Source: Myxococcales bacterium
GTDB taxonomy: Bacteria; Myxococcota_A; Bradymonadia; UBA7976; UBA1532
NCBI GenBank assembly: GCA_009692505.1
Contig: SHZC01000003.1
Location: 9,169-73,168 of the forward strand
Reading direction: 5' to 3'
DNA: 64,000 bases
In this document: piece after piece, positions 1-9,230 of the stretch
How the letters are laid out: each line of letters begins with the position of its first letter
How positions within the stretch are numbered: position 1 is the stretch's first letter
Position numbers and translations under genes: made by a program
Notes under the pieces: model-generated
Told to the model about the DNA's origin: nothing
Seen by the model: the letters and a program-made list of their open reading frames with translations, nothing else
The model's database searches: none

Positions 1-846
1 TCGGGCATTGATGTCGGTGATGCGAGCGCGTTTCAGCAGCGCGGCCAGGCCGATGCGCGGCGTTCGACGGATGGTCTCGAGCCCCTCGCGGACGAACGCG
101 CGATTCACCCCTTGGAGCGGCGCCACGTCGGCCACCGTACCGAGCGCCACGAAGTCGAGGTAACGCTCCAACCGAGGCTCGGGCCGCCCCGAGAAAGCCC
201 CGGTCGCGCGGAGTCGGCGCCGGAGCTCGACCAAAAGCACAAAGGCCACCCCCACCGCCGCGAGCCCCTTGTCGCTATAGGTGCAGCCCGGGCGGTGCGG
301 GTTGAGGTGGGCGAACGCGGGCGGCTCGGGCGACGAGACCTGATGATGATCGATGATGATCACATCGACGCCCAAGGCCTGCGCCAGCGTGATCTCCTCG
401 ATGGCCGACGAGCCATTGTCGACGGTGACGAGCAGCCGCGTGCCGGACTCAGCGAGGCGTCTGATCGCGTCGGTGTTGAGCCCATACCCCTCGCGCAGCC
501 GATGCGGGATGTAGACGCCGACCTCAAAGCCCAGCTCGTCGGCGAAGAACGTCCGCAGCAGCGCCGTGCTCGTGACCCCGTCGACGTCGTAGTCGCCGTA
601 GATCGTGACACGCTCGCCGCCAAGACGCGCCGCGATGAGGCGGTCGGCGGCCCGAGTGGCGTCCTTCAGGGTCGCGGGGTCCGGCATCGCCGAGAGCGCG
701 GCCGTCAGGAACGCCTTCGCGGCGGCGGGCTCGGACACTCCATTTCGGAGCAGCACGGTGGCGATCGCCGGGGGCACGCCGAGGTGAGAGGAGAGCACCG
801 AGGCTTGCGCCACATCGGAGGACGCGACGATCCAGTCGGTGATCAT
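1..846 (-). CDS. recJ: Single-stranded-DNA-specific exonuclease RecJ, N-terminal part (gene runs off the left edge)
   Basis: Not in the ORF track because there is no stop inside the window. Manual minus-strand translation from ATG 846..844 gives MITDWIVASSDVAQASVLSSHLGVPPAIATVLLRNG...VTIYGDYDVDGVTS...LLVTVDNGSS...VDVIIIDHHQ. These are the DHH-family motifs (DxD, DNG, DHH) in RecJ order. The gene starts about 28 nt downstream of the secF stop on the same strand. Confidence 0.8.
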   Translation of the reverse strand, partial: MITDWIVASSDVAQASVLSSHLGVPPAIATVLLRNGVSEPAAAKAFLTAALSAMPDPATLKDATRAADRLIAARLGGERVTIYGDYDVDGVTSTALLRTFFADELGFEVGVYIPHRLREGYGLNTDAIRRLAESGTRLLVTVDNGSSAIEEITLAQALGVDVIIIDHHQVSSPEPPAFAHLNPHRPGCTYSDKGLAAVGVAFVLLVELRRRLRATGAFSGRPEPRLERYLDFVALGTVADVAPLQGVNRAFVREGLETIRRTPRIGLAALLKRARITDINAR

Positions 847-874
847 GGTCGAGGACGGAGGCGCGAGCCGAAGC

Positions 875-2038
875 TCAAGGGCGCGAGACGGCGGTGGAGA
901 CCTGCGTGGACGCGGCCTCCTGCTTGCCGAAGTACTTGTCGAGGTAGATGGTCAGCGGGCTGGCGATGAAGATGGTCGAGTAGCTCCCCGCGATGACGCC
1001 GATGGTCATGGCGATGGCGAAGCCGCGCGTGATCTCGCCGCCCACGAAGAGGAGGGCGAGGACCGAGATCAAGGTCACGCCGGAGGTGATCATCGTGCGC
1101 GAGAGGGTCTGGTTGATGCTGAGGTTGACGACGTCGGAGATGGCGACGCCGGTCGTGTCCCGGATGACCTCTCGAATGCGGTCGTAGATCACCACGGTGT
1201 CGTTGACCGAGTACCCTAGGATGGCGAGCAGGGCCGCCACAATCTGAAGGTTGAACTCCCAGCCGAACAAGGCGAAGCAGCCGGCGGTCACCACGACGTC
1301 GTGGAACAAGGCCAAGATGGCGCCTGGGCCGAAGCGCATATCGAAGCGGAAGGTGACGTAGAGCAGGATGCCCAAGATGGCGTAGATGAGCGCCAGGATG
1401 CCTTGGTTCCGCATCTGCTCGCCGACCGCCGAACCCACGGACTCGAGCCGCTCGACGGACTTGAAGCTGTCGCCGAACTTGGCCTTCAGGGAGTCGGTGA
1501 GGCGGGAGCGGATGCTGGGCATACGCATGAGGAAGACCGGCCTCGAGCCCCCCGACTGCGCGCTGACCTCGATGCCCGTGATGCCCGACTCCAGCGCGGC
1601 GGTCTTGAGCTCATCGGCGGTCTTCGCGCCTTCGAAGCGGACCCGGATCTCCTCGCCCGTCTCATCGCTGGCGTCCCACATGGAGGGCTCGCCGTGCTTG
1701 GCGACGATGGAGGCACGAACCTTGTCGACCTCGGCGGGGCTGAGCAGGCTGCGCGTGCGGCTGCGGACGAAGTAACGGCCTTCGTCGGTGATGCCGTACC
1801 GCACGAGCTCCGCTTGGTCGAGCCCAATGCCGTCGCAGACCGCGCGCACATCGTCGAGCGAGGTCGGGCCCGTAAACGAGACCAAGGCCTCGGTGCCGCC
1901 GGCGAACTCGATGCCGTAGTTGAGACCCTTGCCGAAGATCAAGCCGAAGGAGGCCAGGATCGACAAGGCGCTGAAGATGATGAAACCGCGTGACTTGCCA
2001 ACAAAATCGAACTTCGTCGTTGAGCTGAAGAGTTCCAC
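875..2038 (-). CDS. secF: Protein translocase subunit SecF
   Basis: 387 aa. The N-terminal TM segment is followed by GLNYGIEFAGGTE and a C-terminal multi-TM region (ILGYSVNDTVVIYDRIRE). GTG start, with GGAGG 6-10 nt upstream. Directly follows secD. Confidence 0.9.
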   Translation of the reverse strand: MELFSSTTKFDFVGKSRGFIIFSALSILASFGLIFGKGLNYGIEFAGGTEALVSFTGPTSLDDVRAVCDGIGLDQAELVRYGITDEGRYFVRSRTRSLLSPAEVDKVRASIVAKHGEPSMWDASDETGEEIRVRFEGAKTADELKTAALESGITGIEVSAQSGGSRPVFLMRMPSIRSRLTDSLKAKFGDSFKSVERLESVGSAVGEQMRNQGILALIYAILGILLYVTFRFDMRFGPGAILALFHDVVVTAGCFALFGWEFNLQIVAALLAILGYSVNDTVVIYDRIREVIRDTTGVAISDVVNLSINQTLSRTMITSGVTLISVLALLFVGGEITRGFAIAMTIGVIAGSYSTIFIASPLTIYLDKYFGKQEAASTQVSTAVSRP

Positions 2039-2050
2039 GTCGTGCCTCCG

Positions 2051-3919
2051 TTAGACCGACATCGTGCGGGGCTCGTCGCCCCGGAAGTAGATGCGGTCGA
2101 AGATGAGCCGCGTAACGATAAGGGCCGTAAACATGGACGCCAACACCCCGATGCAGAGCGTAACGGCGAAGCCGCGGACCGGACCCGAGCCATACTGATA
2201 CAGGACGACCCCGGCGATGACCGCCGTGATGTTGCCGTCGAAGATGGACCAGAAGGCCTTGTCATAGCCCGCTTCGATCGCCTTGCGGATTGTCGTCCCG
2301 GCTCGGAGCTCCTCCCGGATGCGCTCGTAGATGAGCACGTTCGCGTCGATGGACATACCCAAGGAGAGGACCATGCCGGCGATGCCCGGCAGGGTGAGCG
2401 TCGCCCCGAAGGCCGACATCATGGCGAGGGTGATGAGGAGGTTGAACATGAGCGCGACGCTCGCGACGAGCCCGGAGAACTTGTAGTACGCCAGCATGAA
2501 CAACAAGACGCCGGCCCCGCCCACGAGGAGCGAGTTCTTGCCGTCTTCAACGGAGTCTGCGCCGAGCGTCGGTCCGATCTGGCTGTCGTAGAGCTTGCGG
2601 AGCGGGGCCTGGAGCGCGCCGGCCTTGAGGACAGCGACCAGGGCGCGGGCCTCTTTCATGGCCTGAGTGCCAAAGGACGCGCCGAGCTCGATCCTCACGT
2701 GACCGCCGCCGATGGGCTCCTTGATGTTCGGCGCGCTGAAGACCTCGTCGTCGATCATGATGGCCATGAGCTGATTGGTGAACTTGGTCGTCATCTCCAG
2801 GAACTCGTCGGCGTCGACCTTCTCGAACTCCATGCGGACGTCGGGGCGGTTGAAGTCGTCGTAGCCGACGTAGCCGTCCTTGACGTTCTCACCGGACATG
2901 CCCTCTTTGCGGAAGAGGTAGTACAGCTCGTAGGCGCGGACGACGGGCTGGTCGAGGCCCGGCTTGACCTGCTCGAGGTACCGCTCCTGCTCCACGGTCA
3001 TGGAGTCGATGCCGTCGAGCGTCGAGTCCTTGGGATCGGTCCAGTACTGCTGGAACCCGACGAGGTGGTTGTCGTCGAGCTGACCCTCAACGACGTAGCT
3101 CAAGAGCTCCTTCGAGGTGCTGCGGAGCGTGCCGCCGCGGACGTCGACCTTGTGAATCTTCAGGTCGGCGCTCAGCTCGGCGGGCCAGTTGCTCGCGTCG
3201 GGGATCCGGCTGGACACCTTCTGGACGAAGGCCGAGGCCCCGTCGCGATCGACGATCTGGAAGCGGAGCTGCCCGGTCTGGGACAGCTTCTCTTTCGCCG
3301 CCGAGAACTCGGACTCCTTGATGCCGGGGAGCTGCACGACGATCTCGCTCTCGCCGCGGCGGGTCACGCTGCTCTCGGAGACGCCGAACTCGTTGATGCG
3401 GCGCTCGACGGTCTGCATGGCCTGCTCGAGGGCCTGCTGCTGGAACGCGAGGACGTCGTCTTCGAGCATCTCGATGGTCACGCTCGCCCCGTCGGAGCGG
3501 ACGACCGTGTAGCCCGGGCCGAACTTCGAGAGGAAGTCGGTGTCGAGCTTCGCGGCCTCGTCGGCGCTCGCGAACGTCACCTCAATCTGCGTGACCTCAT
3601 CGAGCGACTTCGAGGACGAGGGCGTGGCATTGGCAATGACCTTCGCCTCCTCCTTGAGTTGGACCTCAAGCGAACCCGCGAGGCTCGCGGTCCGTCGCCC
3701 GAGGGCCTCGGCCACGTCGACCTTGTACTGGAGATGGATACCACCCTGGAGGTCGAGCCCAAGGACCAGCTTCTTGCTGAAGACCTTGGTGAACCATCCC
3801 GGCAGCGTCGACTGCCCGGCGTCGTCCTTCAGGTTGGCGAACGTCGGCACCAACATGAGCAGCGAGAGCACAAAAAGTGCGACCACTCCGGCCGCTCGAA
3901 TACCCCAACTGCGGTTCAT
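2051..3919 (-). CDS. secD: Protein translocase subunit SecD
   Basis: 622 aa with a large periplasmic domain. The C-terminal TM bundle carries LPGIAGMVLSLGMSIDANVLIYERIREE. ATGA overlap with the yajC stop at 3916-3919. Confidence 0.9.
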   Translation of the reverse strand: MNRSWGIRAAGVVALFVLSLLMLVPTFANLKDDAGQSTLPGWFTKVFSKKLVLGLDLQGGIHLQYKVDVAEALGRRTASLAGSLEVQLKEEAKVIANATPSSSKSLDEVTQIEVTFASADEAAKLDTDFLSKFGPGYTVVRSDGASVTIEMLEDDVLAFQQQALEQAMQTVERRINEFGVSESSVTRRGESEIVVQLPGIKESEFSAAKEKLSQTGQLRFQIVDRDGASAFVQKVSSRIPDASNWPAELSADLKIHKVDVRGGTLRSTSKELLSYVVEGQLDDNHLVGFQQYWTDPKDSTLDGIDSMTVEQERYLEQVKPGLDQPVVRAYELYYLFRKEGMSGENVKDGYVGYDDFNRPDVRMEFEKVDADEFLEMTTKFTNQLMAIMIDDEVFSAPNIKEPIGGGHVRIELGASFGTQAMKEARALVAVLKAGALQAPLRKLYDSQIGPTLGADSVEDGKNSLLVGGAGVLLFMLAYYKFSGLVASVALMFNLLITLAMMSAFGATLTLPGIAGMVLSLGMSIDANVLIYERIREELRAGTTIRKAIEAGYDKAFWSIFDGNITAVIAGVVLYQYGSGPVRGFAVTLCIGVLASMFTALIVTRLIFDRIYFRGDEPRTMSV

Positions 3920-4290
3920 GCGGACTTCCCCTTCTCGGCGGGCGCGTCCGTCGCGCCGTCGCTTTTGCCCTCGTTGAGCAGACTCGAGACTTGACTCCGC
4001 ATGATCCGGACTCGGACCTTGTCGGCGATATCGACCATCAGGACCTCGTCAGTGACCGAGAAGATGGTCCCGATGAGGCCACCCGTGGTGACGACCTCAT
4101 CGCCCTTCTTCAGCCGGCTGAGCTTCTCGCGGTGGGCCTTCTGAGCTTTGCTCTGAGGCCGGATGATGAGGAAATAGAAGATGGCAAAGACGACCCCCAT
4201 CATGACGATGGGGCTCCCCAGCAATCCACCGGGTGACGAGGTGCTGGACCCCGCTTCCTGAGAGACGATCGAGAAGAGCAAGTACTCCAA
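3916..4290 (-). CDS. yajC: Preprotein translocase subunit YajC
   Basis: Single TM segment followed by FYFLIIRPQSKAQKAHREKLSRLKKGDEVVTTGGLIG, the YajC signature. Sits in the canonical position between tgt and secD. Confidence 0.8.
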   Translation of the reverse strand: MEYLLFSIVSQEAGSSTSSPGGLLGSPIVMMGVVFAIFYFLIIRPQSKAQKAHREKLSRLKKGDEVVTTGGLIGTIFSVTDEVLMVDIADKVRVRIMRSQVSSLLNEGKSDGATDAPAEKGKSA

Positions 4291-4359
4291 GGATTAACTC
4301 CGCGACGGCTTCAGTCGGCCGAAAAATTCGCGGCCGATTACCACGCCAGCACCTATGGG

Positions 4360-5520
4360 TCAATCAGGACGCCCCGGTAAGGCAGCTTCGACCCCCGACC
4401 ACCATGCCCGACGGAAGGCCGCGAAGCGTTTTTCCGCGAGCGCCTCACGCATCTCGCGCATGAGATCGAGGTAGATATGGAGGTTATGGATCGACAGGAG
4501 CCGGTAGACGATGAGCTCTTTGGAGACGAGGAGATGACGGAGGTAGCCGGCCCCGTAGGTGCGGCAGGTGTAGCAGAGGCAGGCCTCATCGAGCGGCGCG
4601 CGCTGGTTGCGGAACCGGGCGTTGTTCAGGTTAAGTTTCTCGCGTCCTCGATTGACGAAGAGGCCCCCTTTGCGAGCGTTGCGCGTGGGCATGACGCAGT
4701 CGAAGAGGTCGATGCCGCGGGCGACCCCCTCGACGAGATCCTGCGGCGTGCCGACCCCCATGAGATAGCGGGGCTTGTCCTTAGGCAGGAGCGCGGCCGT
4801 ATGCCCGACGGTGTCGTACATCTGCGGGATCGACTCCCCCACCGCGAGGCCGCCGACCGCGTAGCCATCAAAGGGGTGGTCGGCGAGCTCTTGGGCGTGG
4901 CGTGTCCGGAGGTCGAGATCGACGCCGCCTTGGACGATGGCGAAGAGGGCCTGGGCGACGGCCTGGGCGCCCGTCTGATCAATCCGCGTCCTCGCCGCGA
5001 GCGAGCGCAGGGCCCAGCGGGTCGTGCGCTCCATGGCCTCCACGATGACCTCGCGGCTCGAGTCGGACGGCGCGAGGTGATCGAGCACCATGGCGATGTC
5101 GCTGCCGATGGCCGCCTGGATCTCCACCGACCGCTCCGGCGTGAGGTCAAGCAAGGCGCCGTCGATATGACTTCGAAACTTGACCCCCGCCTCCGTGAGC
5201 TTGCGCAGGCCCGTCAGCGAGAGGATCTGGAAGCCGCCGCTGTCCGTGAGGATCGAGCGCGACCAGGCGGCCATGGTGTGAAGTCCACCGAGGGCCTCGA
5301 GCGTCGGTACGCCGGGGCGCAGCGCCAGGTGGTAGGTATTGCCCAGGATGATCGTCGCGCCGAGTCGTTCGAGATCGAGACTGTCAAGTGCCTTGACTGA
5401 TCCGAGGGTGCCGACCGGCATGAACTGCGGTGTCATCAGCTCGTTGCGGGTCGTGCGGAATCGAGCGGCGCGCGCGGCCGTCGTCGAGCACGTCGCGGTG
5501 ACCTCGAAGTTCAGGTCCAT
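4360..5520 (-). CDS. tgt: Queuine tRNA-ribosyltransferase
   Basis: 386 aa with TPQFMPVGTLGSVKAL, ILGNTYHL, DSGGFQ and VGGLAVGE, plus the C-terminal Zn motif CxCxxC (CLCYTCRTY). The queA-tgt-yajC-secDF order is classical. Confidence 0.9.
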   Translation of the reverse strand: MDLNFEVTATCSTTAARAARFRTTRNELMTPQFMPVGTLGSVKALDSLDLERLGATIILGNTYHLALRPGVPTLEALGGLHTMAAWSRSILTDSGGFQILSLTGLRKLTEAGVKFRSHIDGALLDLTPERSVEIQAAIGSDIAMVLDHLAPSDSSREVIVEAMERTTRWALRSLAARTRIDQTGAQAVAQALFAIVQGGVDLDLRTRHAQELADHPFDGYAVGGLAVGESIPQMYDTVGHTAALLPKDKPRYLMGVGTPQDLVEGVARGIDLFDCVMPTRNARKGGLFVNRGREKLNLNNARFRNQRAPLDEACLCYTCRTYGAGYLRHLLVSKELIVYRLLSIHNLHIYLDLMREMREALAEKRFAAFRRAWWSGVEAALPGRPD

Positions 5521-6521
5521 CGTCCCCCCGGTCGTCGAAGCAGGCTGGCATCGCCGTAGCTGAAGAACCTCAGCTCGGCGGCGACCGCCTGGGCGTAGGC
5601 GTCGAGTACACGCGCCCGACCCGCGAAGGCGCAGACGAGCAGGAGCAAGCTGCTCTCGGGCAGGTGAAAGTTGGTCACGAGCCCATCGACGACGCGGAAG
5701 TCGAAGCCCTCCCGAATAAAGATCTGGGTGCTCGACGCCTCCGGGTCTCGAGCATGGGCTTCGAGCGCGCGAACGACGGTCGTGCCCACGGCGATCACCG
5801 GACGGCCCGAGCGGACCGCGAGGGCCGTCTCGGCGGGGACCTCGAAGCGCTCGACGTGCATCTGCAGCTCGTCGAGGTCGTCGCCCCTCAGTGGCAGGAA
5901 GGTGCCGAGGCCGACGTGCAGGGTCAAGGTGTGCACCAAGACGCCCTTATCGCGGATCGCCTGGAGGAGCTCGTCGGTGAAGTGCAGCCCGGCGGTCGGC
6001 GCGGCTACGGCCCCGCGATGTCGGGCGAAGACGGTCTGGTAGCGTGCCTTGTCGTCGGCGTCAGCGGCGCGCTCGAGGTACGGGGGAAGCGGCACCTCAC
6101 CGACGGTCTCGAGCCAGGCGTAGACGTCCTCGACGCCCCGCAGCTCGATCTCGAAGATCCCGTCACCGCGGGCGTTCAAGAGCCGACCCTCCGCCGCGGG
6201 CAGCCGCACCAGAGTCCCGGGCCGCAGCTTCTTCCCCCGGACCATCGCGAGCACCCGGCCCGGACCGAGCACCTCGGTCAGGAGCAGCTCAATCGCCCCG
6301 CCCGTCTGCTTCTGCCCGAAGACCCGCGCGGGCACCACGCGGGTGTCGTTGAGGACCAAAACCTCATCGCCGCGAAACGACTCCAGGAGCGCGGCGAAGG
6401 GCCTGATCTCGCTCGCGCCATCGAGGGGTACGTCGAGCAGCCGACTCTCCCCTCGAACCGGCGACGGACGCCGCGCGATCAGGTGCGCGGGGAGTTCGAA
6501 GCTATGGTCTTGCCGCCACAT
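5511..6521 (-). CDS. queA: S-adenosylmethionine:tRNA ribosyltransferase-isomerase
   Basis: Carries FELPAHLIARRP, VLNDTRVVPARVFG, VAAPTAGLHFT and IAVGTTVVRALE. The longest ORF starts at 6557. The internal ATG at 6521 (MWRQDHSFELP...) fits the usual QueA N-terminus better. The 3' end overlaps the tgt start by 10 nt. Confidence 0.85.
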   Translation of the reverse strand: MWRQDHSFELPAHLIARRPSPVRGESRLLDVPLDGASEIRPFAALLESFRGDEVLVLNDTRVVPARVFGQKQTGGAIELLLTEVLGPGRVLAMVRGKKLRPGTLVRLPAAEGRLLNARGDGIFEIELRGVEDVYAWLETVGEVPLPPYLERAADADDKARYQTVFARHRGAVAAPTAGLHFTDELLQAIRDKGVLVHTLTLHVGLGTFLPLRGDDLDELQMHVERFEVPAETALAVRSGRPVIAVGTTVVRALEAHARDPEASSTQIFIREGFDFRVVDGLVTNFHLPESSLLLLVCAFAGRARVLDAYAQAVAAELRFFSYGDASLLRRPGGRWT

Positions 6522-6586
6522 GGGCGGCGAAGGATATTGACGAGTGCCGCTCCACACAATGCGGCGGAATCAGGACGAAGACCTCC

Positions 6587-7213
6587 ATGCCCCGTACTCG
6601 TGAGCAGATGGCCCAGCGGGCCGCCCAAGAGCTGAAGGATGGCTCCATCGTCAACCTCGGCATCGGCATCCCGACGCTCGTGGCCAACTATGTGCCGCCC
6701 GGCATCGAGGTCATGTTCCACAGCGAGAACGGGCTGCTCGGCATGGGCCCCTACCCCTTCGAGGGCGACGAGGATCCGCAGGTGATCAACGCCGGCAAAG
6801 AGACCGTGACCATCGCGCCCGGCGGGAGCGTCTTCGACAGCGCGGCGAGCTTTGCCATGATCCGCGGCGGGCACGTGGACCTCGCCATCCTCGGCGGCAT
6901 GGAGGTCAGCGCGACAGGCGATCTCGCCAACTGGATGGTGCCCGGAGAGCGCGTCAACGGGATGGGCGGCGCGATGGATCTTGTCAGCGGCGCGCGGCGC
7001 GTCGTGGTCCTCATGAGCCACGCCAACAAGAAGGGCGAGCCGAAGCTGCTTGCGACCTGCGGCCTGCCTCTGACGGGCCTCGGCTGCGTAGACCGAATCA
7101 TCACCGACTACGCCACCGTCGACGTGACGCCCTTGGGCTTCAAGCTCGTCGACGTCGCCGAAGGGCATACGGTCGAAGAGGTCCGGGCACTCACCGGCGC
7201 GCCGCTGCTTTAG
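6587..7213 (+). CDS. scoB: 3-oxoacid CoA-transferase, subunit B
   Basis: 208 aa with GSIVNLGIGIPTLV, SENGLLGMGP (catalytic Glu context) and GGAMDLVSGA. This is the typical beta subunit of a family I CoA-transferase. Confidence 0.85.
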   Translation: MPRTREQMAQRAAQELKDGSIVNLGIGIPTLVANYVPPGIEVMFHSENGLLGMGPYPFEGDEDPQVINAGKETVTIAPGGSVFDSAASFAMIRGGHVDLAILGGMEVSATGDLANWMVPGERVNGMGGAMDLVSGARRVVVLMSHANKKGEPKLLATCGLPLTGLGCVDRIITDYATVDVTPLGFKLVDVAEGHTVEEVRALTGAPLL

Positions 7214-7911
7214 ACCTCGCGTGGCCTCACCGTGAGCTTCTCGATCGGGTCCTCATAGCCTTTGCCCACGAAGAGCCGCTGCACGTACAGGCCAGGCAGG
7301 TGGATGTCGTCGGGGCCGAGATCACCGAGCGACACCAGCTCCTCCACCTCGACGACGCAGATGCGAGACGCCATGGCCATCAGCGGGCTGAAGTTCCGGG
7401 CGGTCTTGTAGAAACGCAGGTTGCCGAAGGGGTCACCCACTCGGGCGCGGATGATCGCGTAGTCAGCGGTCAGCGGCGCCTCGAGGATCATGCGCTTGCC
7501 GTTGATGATCCGCTCCTCCTTGCCGTTGGCGACCACGGTGCCGACGCCCGTCGGCGTGAAGAACCCGCCGATGCCGGCCCCGCCCGCGCGAATCCGCTCG
7601 GCGAGCGTGCCCTGGGGGTTGAGCTCGACCTCAATCTCGCCTGAGAGCATCTGAGACTGGACGTCGGGATTACCGCCGATGAAGCTGGCGATGACCTTCT
7701 TGACCTGACGGTGTTGAAGCAAGGCGGCGAGGCCCTTGCCGGCGTTGCCGCAGTTATTGCTGACCACCGTGAGGTCCCGGATGCCGGAGCGGACCAGCTC
7801 GGCGATGCAGTTCTCGGCGTTGCCGCAGAGGCCGAAGCCGCCCGACATGAGGCTGATGCCGTCGCGCACATCGTGCAGGGCGGCGGTCGCATTCTCGTAG
7901 ACCTTTTTCAC
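7210..7911 (-). CDS. scoA: 3-oxoacid CoA-transferase, subunit A
   Basis: 233 aa with DGISLMSGGFGLCGNAENCI, VVSNNCG and ELNPQGTLAERIRAGGAGIGGFFTPTGVGT. GTG start at 7911 overlaps the upstream aminotransferase stop (GTGA). Its stop overlaps the scoB stop on the opposite strand (TTAG at 7210-7213). Confidence 0.85.
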   Translation of the reverse strand: MKKVYENATAALHDVRDGISLMSGGFGLCGNAENCIAELVRSGIRDLTVVSNNCGNAGKGLAALLQHRQVKKVIASFIGGNPDVQSQMLSGEIEVELNPQGTLAERIRAGGAGIGGFFTPTGVGTVVANGKEERIINGKRMILEAPLTADYAIIRARVGDPFGNLRFYKTARNFSPLMAMASRICVVEVEELVSLGDLGPDDIHLPGLYVQRLFVGKGYEDPIEKLTVRPREV

Positions 7912-9230
7912 GCAAATACCTCAGTCAACGCGTCGTCGATGAGCAGAAGGCCCCGGTTTAAGTCGTCTTCGTCGATGCAGAGCGGCGGGGCAATAAAGAG
8001 ATAGTTCCAGCGAAGGAGAATATGCAGCCCGCGCTGATGCAACGCGAGCTTCAGGCGCGCCGCCTTCGAGCCGGGGATCAGCGCGCCATTATAAGGCACG
8101 AGCGGCGTCTTCAAGACCCGGTCGGTGACGAGCTCGAGCGTGCCGAAGAGGCCGAGGTTTCGCGCGTCACCGACGACCTCGTGCTTGGCCTTCAGCGCCT
8201 CAAGGCCCCGTTTCAGGACCTCACCCATTCGCGCCGCGTTCCCGATCAAGTCGTCGCGTTCGTAGAGGTCGATCGTTGCGTTGGCCGCGGCGCAGGCGAT
8301 GGGGTGGGCGTAGTTCGTCAGGCCGCATTGGAGCGCGCGCTCGTCGAAGTGCGCGGCGACGCGGTCGGTCAGCCCCACGGCCCCGAGCGGCGCGTACCCG
8401 CTCGTGATGCCCTTGCCCATCGTGATGAGGTCCGGCTGCACGTCCCAATGATCGACCGCGAACCACTTGCCCGTGCGGCCGAAGCCCGTGAAGACCTCGT
8501 CGGCGACGAGCAGGATGCCATACTTGGTGCAGAGCTCCCGCAGGCGGGGCCAGTACTCGGGGGGTGGCACGAAGCCCCCGTTCGCGCCCGTGACGCCCTC
8601 GATAAAGACCGCGGCGATGCGCTCCGGGCCCTCCATCTGGATGACGTGCTCGAGGTGCTCGGCGCACTGCACGCCACAGCCGGGGTAGGTCTGTCCGAAG
8701 GGGCAGCGGTAGCAGTACGGATCCTCGATGCGTTCGACGCCCCAGAGGCCGGGCTCGGCGGCCCAACGTCGCGGATCACCCGTAAGCGACAGCGCGCCCA
8801 TCGAGGCCCCGTGATAGCTCCGCCGCCGCGCGATGATCTTGCTTCGGCCGGTCACGAAGCGGGCCATCTTGAGGGCGTTCTCATTCGCCTCGGCGCCGGA
8901 GAGGCAGAGGAAAAACTTGGAGATCCCCTCGGGCGTCACTCGCGCGAGCCGCTCCCCGAGCGCGGCTTTGGCCTCGAAGACCGCCGCCGGATGAGCGCAT
9001 GAGAGCGTGCTCGCCTGACTTGCGATGGCCTCTGAGATCGAGGCCTGACCGTGGCCGGCGTTGCAGTTGAAGACCTGGCTCTCGAAGTCCAGAAACTCGC
9101 GCCCGTCGTGATCGACGAACCTCGCACCACGCCCTCCAGAGATGCGGACCGACGCCGCGCTGCCCTGGGCGCTCCAGGTGAACATGACGTGCTTGCGCTG
9201 CCGCGCCTCCAGGTCGTCTCCCGCGCTCAT
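7908..9230 (-). CDS. Class III (omega-type) aminotransferase
   Basis: Carries CLSGAEANENALKMAR, VADEVFTGFGRTGKWFA and DLITMGKGITSGYAPLGAV (PLP lysine context). The start is taken at ATG 9230 (MSAGDD...), which forms an ATGA overlap with the upstream stop. The longest ORF would start at 9272. Confidence 0.85.
   Translation of the reverse strand: MSAGDDLEARQRKHVMFTWSAQGSAASVRISGGRGARFVDHDGREFLDFESQVFNCNAGHGQASISEAIASQASTLSCAHPAAVFEAKAALGERLARVTPEGISKFFLCLSGAEANENALKMARFVTGRSKIIARRRSYHGASMGALSLTGDPRRWAAEPGLWGVERIEDPYCYRCPFGQTYPGCGVQCAEHLEHVIQMEGPERIAAVFIEGVTGANGGFVPPPEYWPRLRELCTKYGILLVADEVFTGFGRTGKWFAVDHWDVQPDLITMGKGITSGYAPLGAVGLTDRVAAHFDERALQCGLTNYAHPIACAAANATIDLYERDDLIGNAARMGEVLKRGLEALKAKHEVVGDARNLGLFGTLELVTDRVLKTPLVPYNGALIPGSKAARLKLALHQRGLHILLRWNYLFIAPPLCIDEDDLNRGLLLIDDALTEVFA

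Noticed and set aside
112-969. 285-aa plus-strand ORF at the left edge
   Set aside because: It is antisense to the recJ fragment, which is absent from the track only because it lacks an in-window stop. Its product is Arg/Gly-rich with no motifs.
2042-3994. 650-aa plus-strand ORF
   Set aside because: It is antisense to secD. Its composition (Arg/Asp/Glu/Gly-rich, no hydrophobic core) looks non-protein-like, while the minus strand carries clear SecD motifs.
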